Assembly (NCBI GenBank): GCA_903893315.1
Contig: CAITLU010000024.1
Location: forward strand, 5,119 to 69,118
Reading direction: 5' to 3'
Length of the DNA: 64,000 nt
From: an uncultured bacterium
GTDB taxonomy: Bacteria; Desulfobacterota; Binatia; UBA1149; CAITLU01
A program made the position numbers and the translations under genes. The notes under the pieces are model-generated. The model was not told the origin of the DNA and ran no database searches. It saw only the letters and a program-made list of their open reading frames with translations. Shown piece by piece: positions 20,922-28,198 of this stretch (position 1 is its first letter; each line of letters starts with the position of its first letter).

Positions 20922-23804
20922 ATGAGGTTTCCGAAAGCGGGCAAGAGCGTGGCCGGCGTGGCGATGGCGGTTTCGTCGATGCTGCTGGGGGCCGCGCCGG
21001 CAGCCGCAGCGGGCTTCTGCGGTGCGGGTTCCAACGTCCCGCGGCCGCAGAACGTGATCCTGTTCGTGCTCGACGATTCCAGCCCCTCGGATCTTCCGTT
21101 CTTCAACACGCCGTTGGTGTGGCCGGACCAGAACAACCCTCCGCGGACCCTGCCGGACCCGGTGCTCACGGAAGGCGCCCTGCGACTGCCCGAATACAAC
21201 AGGGCGATGGCCAGGTTCTACGCTTCGCGTAACTGTCCGAGCGGCCTGTGTTCGCTCGGAGACAATTTCCTGCACCCGACCTCTTCGTCATCGCTGGTGG
21301 TTCCCGTGGATCTCGACGGCGATCAGACGGTGGTTTCTGCGACCAACGCCGACTCCTTCCGCTACGTCGAACGTAATCAAGCCGGCAATCTCTGCGGCGA
21401 AGAAACCGGGACCTGCGATGCCAACACGGACGTATTGTCGTCACACGGTGGCTTGCGCAAACTGGTAGAAGAGGGGCTTGCGTTTCGGCGTTTCTACGCC
21501 ACTTCGGCAAAGTGCGCGCCGACCCGCGCTTCGATGTTCACCGGTCGTTATCCGGGACAGGTCGGAGTGAGTCTGAACGGGAGCAAACTGGAAATTTCGG
21601 AACTGACGGCCGGCGACCTGCTCAAGGGACTGCCGGGATGCAAGGACGACGACGAGAACACTCCGTGTTATTCCACCGGCCATCTCGCCAAGTGGCATCT
21701 GGGAAGCAAGGAACACGCGAACCAGACTCCCTGGCAACGCGGCGCTGACGAGGCGGTATTCTTCCGCGGAGCGAGCCGGGTTCCGTTCAAGGACAGCCAG
21801 TTGCTCTGCGGTCCGCCGCCGATGCCGCACAACCCACCGGCGAATTACCGCCAGGGTTTCTATTGCAACAACGCGGCGCTGGCGGCGGCGGTTCCAGGTT
21901 GCATAACGAGCTCGCAGTGTGACGCCGCGTGTCCGGGTGGCCCTGGACGCTGCGCGTGCGCGGAAGGGCGTGACGTCGTGAGCAGTGACGACAACTTCTG
22001 CTATGAACTCGACCCGACGCCCTGTGCTTCGGATTCCGAGTGCCGGGCTGGTGCTAGCGACCACGACACCTGCGTGGCGTGGGGCCAGAACGTCGGCCCC
22101 GGAAATCAGACTGCCTGCCATCCTGACGATGCGGATCTGAATCTGGATTGCTGCACGCCACGCGCCAAGACTCCGACGCGCGGGCCTTTGGAAGGTCTCT
22201 ACTATTTCAAGAACAAGCAGATCGACGCCGGTGGGACGGCCAAGAAATTTTGGTTCAAGGACGGCGAGCGTGATCTTCTCACCGGTGAATCCCATTACCC
22301 GTGCAACTCCGATGCTAGCTATCTCGATTCGGGGCTCGAAGGCTGCATGTACGACACGCGGGTCTACCGCGACTGGGCGACCAATTTTATCGGTCGTCAT
22401 GCCGACGAACCGTTCTTCCTCACTATTCCTCTGCACTCGCTGCACGAACCCATGGACGCTCCGGTGCGCACGTTGGCGCACTACTCGACGGCGGGCCTGG
22501 TGACTAACGCTCCAGGCACCGCCGACAGGTTCTGGAGTTCGCTCGAGGAAGTGGACGCCGCTATCGGCAAGGTGATCGAGACCCTGGAAGGCGGCGTCTG
22601 CAACAGCAAGTCGTCGCCGGAGACAGCCGGCTTGAAGTGCGCGTCCAACGGCGACTGCGGAGGGACACCCGGAGCGGCTTGCGTGACCGATCTCGCTCAG
22701 CGAACCCTGATTCTGTTCACTGCCGACCAGGGCCAGACCAACGCACCCTACGGCAGCGCGATCCTGCGCGAGGGAAAGGGCTCGACGTTCGACGGCGGTC
22801 TGCGTGTCGGATTGCTGGCGTGGGATCCGGGTCTGGGCGTGGGAAGTGCGGCACCGGGCGGACATATGCGCGGCGATCCGTTCGTCGCCAGTCAGGTGGA
22901 CATATTGCCGACCGTGTTGGATGCGGCGGGCTGTGCGCCGAACCACGGAGACGATCAATACGAGATCAAGGCGTGCGTCGGCAGGAACGTCAGTCGGCCG
23001 AGTCTCTGCGACAGCGACCAGGATTGCGCGGCGGTTGGTGGCGGATCTTGCGTGTCGAGGTTGATAGCGGGCAGAACGATGCTGCCGGCGCTGGTGGGAG
23101 CGGGAACGCCGGTACGTGATTTTGCCTTCGCGTCGTATCCGAGCGAGCCGCAGATGATTTCCGTTCGCAGTGGATACTACAGCGACGGTTGCAGCGGCAA
23201 TGCCGACTGCAATGGCGCGGCGAAGATTTGCAGCTATGTCGGTGAACAAGGGCCGGACGCAGCGTCCGGAACACTGGACCGCAGCCGCCTCGGTGGATCC
23301 TGCGATGTCTGCGAGAGCGATGGTGACTGCAGCGGCACCATGTGCATCGCCAGCGGTACGTACTGCGTTCCAAGTACCGATTCGAGTTATCTGAGTCGTT
23401 GTACGGCTGAACCCGCCGGTGGAGCGCTGGATCCGGTCGGTGACGAATGTGATCCGGCTGCGTTCCAGCGCTGCTGGTCGGCCGTTGATTGTGGCCGGGA
23501 TGAGAGATGCGTTCAGGTGGAAACAACTTGCAACGGATGCCGTGCGGCGGCGTGGAAACTTATGGGCGGTGGCGGCGTAGGGGTCGGCAACCCGAGCAAG
23601 TCGGTCGCTCTCTTCGACCTCGGCAGCAACCCCGAAGAGAGCGAGTCCCTGGACTGCATCGACGAGGCCAAGAACCCGAGCAACCCGGACTACGCCAAGT
23701 TGAGCGCGACTGACGATGATCTGCGCCGACGTCTGGACGGCTGGTTCGACTGCATCAGCGCCGGTCTATCGGTCGATTGCGACACGCAGAAATCCCCGCA
23801 GTGA
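20922..23804 (+). CDS. Secreted sulfatase (formylglycine-dependent; CxPxR present) with multiple large cysteine-rich insertions, 960 aa
   Basis: Signal peptide; NVILFVLDD; the CAPTRASMFTGRYP sulfatase signature; GHLAKWHLG; PFFLTIPLHSLHEP; LILFTADQGQ. More than 60 Cys are spread through long inserts. Confidence 0.8.
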   Translation: MRFPKAGKSVAGVAMAVSSMLLGAAPAAAAGFCGAGSNVPRPQNVILFVLDDSSPSDLPFFNTPLVWPDQNNPPRTLPDPVLTEGALRLPEYNRAMARFYASRNCPSGLCSLGDNFLHPTSSSSLVVPVDLDGDQTVVSATNADSFRYVERNQAGNLCGEETGTCDANTDVLSSHGGLRKLVEEGLAFRRFYATSAKCAPTRASMFTGRYPGQVGVSLNGSKLEISELTAGDLLKGLPGCKDDDENTPCYSTGHLAKWHLGSKEHANQTPWQRGADEAVFFRGASRVPFKDSQLLCGPPPMPHNPPANYRQGFYCNNAALAAAVPGCITSSQCDAACPGGPGRCACAEGRDVVSSDDNFCYELDPTPCASDSECRAGASDHDTCVAWGQNVGPGNQTACHPDDADLNLDCCTPRAKTPTRGPLEGLYYFKNKQIDAGGTAKKFWFKDGERDLLTGESHYPCNSDASYLDSGLEGCMYDTRVYRDWATNFIGRHADEPFFLTIPLHSLHEPMDAPVRTLAHYSTAGLVTNAPGTADRFWSSLEEVDAAIGKVIETLEGGVCNSKSSPETAGLKCASNGDCGGTPGAACVTDLAQRTLILFTADQGQTNAPYGSAILREGKGSTFDGGLRVGLLAWDPGLGVGSAAPGGHMRGDPFVASQVDILPTVLDAAGCAPNHGDDQYEIKACVGRNVSRPSLCDSDQDCAAVGGGSCVSRLIAGRTMLPALVGAGTPVRDFAFASYPSEPQMISVRSGYYSDGCSGNADCNGAAKICSYVGEQGPDAASGTLDRSRLGGSCDVCESDGDCSGTMCIASGTYCVPSTDSSYLSRCTAEPAGGALDPVGDECDPAAFQRCWSAVDCGRDERCVQVETTCNGCRAAAWKLMGGGGVGVGNPSKSVALFDLGSNPEESESLDCIDEAKNPSNPDYAKLSATDDDLRRRLDGWFDCISAGLSVDCDTQKSPQ

Positions 23805-23874
23805 CGGACGCGGGGATCGTCAGCGCCAAAGGGTTCGGCACGCCTGACGTGCGTGCCGGTGACGATGTGGAGCG

Positions 23875-24621
23875 CTAGACCCGTCCGACCTTGAGGATGA
23901 GGGGCCACGAGATTTCGCGGCGCCGCTGAGGGTCGCTCCAGACTCCGGCGAGCCTTTCGGCGAAGGCCGGCATCGGATCTTCGTCCTTTTGTTGTCGATA
24001 CCCGTCCACGGATGACCAGGTGCCGATATAGGCGAGCATGTGGTCGAGGCTCCAGTGGGCCGTCATCGAAAAAGACGGTGCCGAAAGCAGTTCGAATGGA
24101 AAAGATACCCCGGCGTAAGACGCGTCGACGATGCCGCGCTGGGGCGGCCAGTATGGCCCCACGGTCCTGCTGCTGAACTCCCTGATCGCCTCGTCGACCC
24201 CGGGATCCACTGACGCAAGGCCGTAGCCCCAAACTGCCACTGCACCGTGGGGCCGCAGGACTCGGTGCACTTCGCGCCAGAAAGCCTCGATGTCGAACCA
24301 GTGCAGGGCCTGCGCGGCAGTGACGAGGTCAACGGAGGCGTCGTTGAAAGGGCAACACTCGGCGCGCGCGACCCGGTACTCGACGTGGGGATGAGGCTCG
24401 GCGCTGGCGATCTGTGCGGCGCTGGCGTCGGTAGCAAGCACGCGCGTGAATACTTCGCCGAGCATGGTCGCGGCTTGTCCGTTGCCGGTTGCGCAGTCCC
24501 AGGCCAGACCGCGGCCTGGTGCGGTGGTGGCCAGATAGTCGAACAACGCGCGGGGATAACCCGGCCTCCATCGGCGGTAACTCTCGGCTACGGTGCTGAA
24601 GTGATCGTTCCAGTCGGACAT
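23875..24621 (-). CDS. Class I SAM-dependent methyltransferase
   Basis: The LAWDCATGNGQAA motif (SAM-binding motif I) and LRPHGAVAVWGY (motif post-II). There is an AGGAGG RBS 6 nt upstream of the chosen ATG. Confidence 0.75.
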   Translation of the reverse strand: MSDWNDHFSTVAESYRRWRPGYPRALFDYLATTAPGRGLAWDCATGNGQAATMLGEVFTRVLATDASAAQIASAEPHPHVEYRVARAECCPFNDASVDLVTAAQALHWFDIEAFWREVHRVLRPHGAVAVWGYGLASVDPGVDEAIREFSSRTVGPYWPPQRGIVDASYAGVSFPFELLSAPSFSMTAHWSLDHMLAYIGTWSSVDGYRQQKDEDPMPAFAERLAGVWSDPQRRREISWPLILKVGRV

Positions 24622-24654
24622 TGCGAACCTCCTGCACCAGTTTGAAGCGGACAA

Positions 24655-24685
24655 GAAAAAAGGGCCGTCCTGTGTGGACGACCCC
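24655..24685 (-). terminator. Rho-independent terminator downstream of the secreted repeat-protein gene
   Basis: Minus-strand GGGTCGTCCacacaGGACGGCCC followed by TTTTTT. Confidence 0.55.
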
Positions 24686-24754
24686 TATTCCTTGTTTCCA
24701 TTAGTCTTCAGATCTGCGCGTCCCGTGACGCGAGTCCGCTGACGCCCCGGCGGC

Positions 24755-25570
24755 TCAGGGAAAAGAGATGAACTGCGGTGTTCCAGTGTGGCCGCCGTTG
24801 TCGATCAGCACGTCGGCATCGGGGCCGCCGGTGATCTTGACGTAAGCTCCGACCGTGATGTTTCCCACCGTCACCGTGTCGACGTCGTTGCCCGTGTTGA
24901 CGAGGATCTTTCCCCGCCAGTTGGCATCGGTCAGCGTGAACTGGTCAGCGCCGTTGCCGGTTTTGACGGCCAGCTTCCCCTTAGGATCGACGTGGTGCGA
25001 GTTTGCGAGGACGACGATGTCGTCACCGTTCTTGGTCGTGATGCCACCGCGATACTCGACGTCGTCGAACAGAACCGAGTCCGGGCCGTTGCCTGTGACT
25101 ATTTTGCTCGGCTCGGAGATGTCGGTGTTGTTCATGTCGATGAGGTTGGTACCGTCACCCATGGTCAGTCGCAGCTGCTTGTTGAGAACCACGTTGTTCA
25201 TGGTCACAGAAGAATCACCGATGCCGGTAGTGATCTTGCACAGGCGGGTGATGGTCACGTTGTTCATCACCAAGTCGTCGGAGCCGCCTCCCATGTCGAT
25301 GTAGACTTCGTGATTGGCGACTGGGGTAGTGTAAGGGCTCGACGCACCATTGATGGTGGTGCTTCCATCGCCGGGAGTTACCAGAAATACGCTGGTGTCG
25401 AGCGTACCCTCGATGACGACCGAGTTGTCGGCCGCGTCGCCGGTCACTGTCATGACGCCCAAGTTGACGGAGACGGAGACATTCCCGGAGGCCCTGGCCT
25501 GTGAGGCGCCAAGCGCGAGCACTGCGAAGCCAACGGCTGACATAAGAACCACGGATTTTGTGTTGATCAT
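24755..25570 (-). CDS. Secreted repeat protein, probably a parallel beta-helix (Thr/Gly/Asp/Asn-rich ~20-aa pseudo-repeats)
   Basis: Signal peptide MINTKSVVLMSAVGFAVLALGASQARA. Recurring (V/I)T-G-x-G-x-D-x-V and N-N-V-T units. Confidence 0.55.
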   Translation of the reverse strand: MINTKSVVLMSAVGFAVLALGASQARASGNVSVSVNLGVMTVTGDAADNSVVIEGTLDTSVFLVTPGDGSTTINGASSPYTTPVANHEVYIDMGGGSDDLVMNNVTITRLCKITTGIGDSSVTMNNVVLNKQLRLTMGDGTNLIDMNNTDISEPSKIVTGNGPDSVLFDDVEYRGGITTKNGDDIVVLANSHHVDPKGKLAVKTGNGADQFTLTDANWRGKILVNTGNDVDTVTVGNITVGAYVKITGGPDADVLIDNGGHTGTPQFISFP

Positions 25571-25725
25571 GACCTAGAACCCTCCCCAGGACTGTCGAAA
25601 AGTAACCGACTCAACGTGTCGCCAGTGTCGCCCGGAACGCATCGAAGTGTCAAACCGTGAAAGGGCCGATCCCGTGCGGCGGCCGGGGTGCCGCCCCTTC
25701 GGTTTTTCCCGCTAACTAAGCCACT

Positions 25726-26133
25726 TCAGCGCGCCAAGGTGATCTCGAGGACGGCCCTGGCGTGGTAGCGTCCCGAGAGTTTTGACAGCACATCGACGAG
25801 CCACTTTTGCCATCCGTACTTGCGGTCCAGACTCCCGTAGGCTTTCGCGATCAGGGCCGGTTCGGTGACGATGCGCCCGGTGCCTTTCCAACTCGGTCCC
25901 CGCACTACCCCGCGCCAGTTACAGGCGGCCAGTTCTACATCCGAGTTTCGGCCCAGCCTCTTGACCTTGAACGATCCAGCTTCGGTGAACATATAAATCC
26001 TGCTGCCCACAACCGCGTGCCAGATCGGTACGGCCACCGGTGAGCCGTCGCGCTTGTACGTGGTAAGGCTAACGTATGCTTCCTTTTCGATAGAGCCCCG
26101 TCCCTTGGAGGCGCTTCCTCGTGATCTAACCAT
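25726..26133 (-). CDS. Pyridoxamine 5'-phosphate oxidase-like split-barrel protein (PPOX class / putative F420- or FMN-binding)
   Basis: 135 aa. ...EAYVSLTTYKRDGSPVAVPIWHAVVGSRIYMFTEAGSFKVKRLGRNSDVELAA... matches the PPOX-class small proteins from memory. Confidence 0.55.
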   Translation of the reverse strand: MVRSRGSASKGRGSIEKEAYVSLTTYKRDGSPVAVPIWHAVVGSRIYMFTEAGSFKVKRLGRNSDVELAACNWRGVVRGPSWKGTGRIVTEPALIAKAYGSLDRKYGWQKWLVDVLSKLSGRYHARAVLEITLAR

Positions 26134-26211
26134 TTTTTTCTCCTGTGAACCGGTTGTCCATGGTGTGTCGCTGCGGGTCTGGCCGGTTTCGAATCCCTGT
26201 GTCGCGAGGAG

Positions 26212-27144
26212 TTATCCGTCCACGCGTTCGATGACTACCAGGCGTCCGATGAGATGCCCGGGCGGAGGCGCCGGCGGGACTTGGATTTCGATACGTCCCG
26301 CCACTCCTTGGACGAGTCGTACTCCGGCGGCGGTAACGACGAAACCCTTCACCCTGAGCGCGCCGCGCTCCGACAGTTCGCCGAGCAGGACTTCGGGATC
26401 GACGATGCCGTCGACGACCATCTCCCGGCTGCAGTAATCATCGTGATGACGGTGGGTGTGGTCTTGCCGAGTGCGAGCGGCGGTGCCGTCACCAGCGAGG
26501 ATCCTGTTCTCGGGACTGTGGTCGCGGGGCTTCACGCCCGCCGGCGACGGCGGGAACACGATTCTCTCGTCGATCGTGCCGAAGCGGCAGCGCACGATAG
26601 CTACGCCCGGTTGTATCCGCTGCAACTCGGCTTCCGCGCGTACGCAGTCTTCGCTGCTGACAAGGTCGGTCTTGTTGAGAACCAGGAGGTCCGCCGAGCA
26701 GATCTGATCGATGAAAACAGGATCGAGGTCGCGGCCGGCGGCAACCTGCTCGGCGCTGACCACGACGATCGCGGTTTCGTCGCGGGCCCAGCCCCGCACC
26801 GGATCGCGCCAGAAGTTCAGCAGCGTGTCGTAGGGCAGGGCCACGCCGGATGTCTCGACGATGACGCGCTGGGGACGGGCCCTCTCCCACAGTTCCTGAA
26901 GTGTGCGCAGCAGGTCGTCGGAGAGGCGGCAGCACACGCAGCCTCCCGACAACTCCACGTAGTCGGCGGCGGCGTCCGCCAGCAAGGCTTCGTCGATGCC
27001 GAGTTCGCCGAACTCGTTGGAGACGACCGCGGTGCGGATGCCCTGACGCTGGCCCTCTTCGAGGAGATGGCGAACCAGCGTTGTCTTGCCTGAGCCGAGA
27101 AAGCCGGAGACGACCAGGGCCTGGGCGCTGTCGTGCTCTACCAT
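26212..27144 (-). CDS. COG0523 (CobW/ZigA-like) metallochaperone GTPase with a His-rich segment
   Basis: Walker A GFLGSGKTTL, the CxCC metal motif GGCVCC, NKTD, and a His-rich linker RTRQDHTHRHHDDYCS. Its start overlaps the stop of the MBL gene. Confidence 0.8.
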   Translation of the reverse strand: MVEHDSAQALVVSGFLGSGKTTLVRHLLEEGQRQGIRTAVVSNEFGELGIDEALLADAAADYVELSGGCVCCRLSDDLLRTLQELWERARPQRVIVETSGVALPYDTLLNFWRDPVRGWARDETAIVVVSAEQVAAGRDLDPVFIDQICSADLLVLNKTDLVSSEDCVRAEAELQRIQPGVAIVRCRFGTIDERIVFPPSPAGVKPRDHSPENRILAGDGTAARTRQDHTHRHHDDYCSREMVVDGIVDPEVLLGELSERGALRVKGFVVTAAGVRLVQGVAGRIEIQVPPAPPPGHLIGRLVVIERVDG

Positions 27145-27998
27145 GTCAGAATCGAAAAGCTCTGACCGGGGTACCTCTTGACCAGTCCGCCGAGCCACCA
27201 CACGCGCTCCGGTGCGGCTCTTTGTTCGAGGATGGAGGTGAGCGTTTGCTGGAGCGCAACCAGCGCCTCGCGCGGCATCGTCGTGCCCATATGACCGCAC
27301 AGCACGGTTCGTATTTCCGGGTAGTCGCCAAGCAGACGCTTGGTTGATTCAAGATAGGCGGCCAGATCGGCACCCGGCAGAAAAGTGTAAAGTTCCCCCG
27401 CATAAAGAAAGTCGCCGACGAATGCGTAGCCACGGGCCCGGTCGACAAGGGCGATCGAGTCGGGCGAGTGTCCGGGGATCGAAACGGCTTCGAGAACGCG
27501 ACCGCCGATGTCGATTTTTTCGCCGGGCTTCCACCATTCAGTGACCATGAAGCTGCTCGCCAACGGCGACAGACTCATCGCCAGCGATGGCGTGTAGCGG
27601 TTGTCGACGGTGTGCTCGCGGTTGATCGGCAGGTCGACCATGGCAATCTCATCGAAACTGCCGATGCTGCCGATGTGGTCGTAGTGAACGTGCGACGGAA
27701 TCACGGTTGTCGGCTTGCGCGTGACGTTGTCGGACATGTGCTTGATGTCGCGGGTGCCCGAACCGGCGTCGAACAGGATCGTGCGAACTTGTCCCTTGAT
27801 GATGAAGGAATTGTTCTTCTGCCAGTACTTGGGTTCTGAGATGGCCCAGGTGTCGGCGTCGATACGCGAGACGTCGAAGTACCCGTCGGTGGCGCTGATG
27901 CTGACCGGGGTCTGGGCCGAAGCCGGGCTCGGGCAACCCAATACGCATGTGGCCGCGGCTGCTGCCGCCGCGGCCATGACGACGAGGCTGGTGGCGAC
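27138..27998 (-). CDS. MBL-fold metallo-hydrolase, exported (probable lipoprotein)
   Basis: The HVHYDHIG (HxHxDH) metallo-beta-lactamase motif. N-terminal MAAAAAAAATCVLGC is a signal with a lipobox. The start is uncertain; the 5' part of the 377-aa ORF overlaps hrpB and is rejected. Confidence 0.7.
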   Translation of the reverse strand, partial: VATSLVVMAAAAAAAATCVLGCPSPASAQTPVSISATDGYFDVSRIDADTWAISEPKYWQKNNSFIIKGQVRTILFDAGSGTRDIKHMSDNVTRKPTTVIPSHVHYDHIGSIGSFDEIAMVDLPINREHTVDNRYTPSLAMSLSPLASSFMVTEWWKPGEKIDIGGRVLEAVSIPGHSPDSIALVDRARGYAFVGDFLYAGELYTFLPGADLAAYLESTKRLLGDYPEIRTVLCGHMGTTMPREALVALQQTLTSILEQRAAPERVWWLGGLVKRYPGQSFSILTW

Positions 27999-28198
27999 CT
28001 GCCGCCGCGGTCTCGATTCCGACAGCTTCCCGCTGCCGCGACCGGAATCGGAAACTCCCCGCGCCGGACGTTGCCGAAGCGAAACGGTGGTGTCGTGGGC
28101 GATCGGCGATGAGGTGATGAGGACGGCGGCTTTCACGGTGACCTGCTTGTATTCGCGCCCGGTGCAGGCGGCAACCGGTACCTGCGGCGAACAGGTGT

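Noticed and set aside
19755-21275. Large minus-strand ORF (506 aa) and similar long antisense ORFs (21441..23249, 57811..61293, 30879..32579 5' part, 3842..5182, 36228..37376, 44718..45947, 48778..50367)
   Set aside because: They are Arg/Ala/Pro/Gly-rich, have no recognisable motifs, and each is antisense to a well-supported gene. These are typical shadow ORFs in high-GC genomes.
26150-26215. A tRNA-like T-loop motif (GGTTTCGAATCCC) in the short gap between the PPOX and cobW-like genes
   Set aside because: The flanking sequence does not form an acceptor, D or anticodon stem, and the T-stem is not complementary. There is one extra T relative to the GGTTCGAATCC consensus. It is a chance match in GC-rich DNA.
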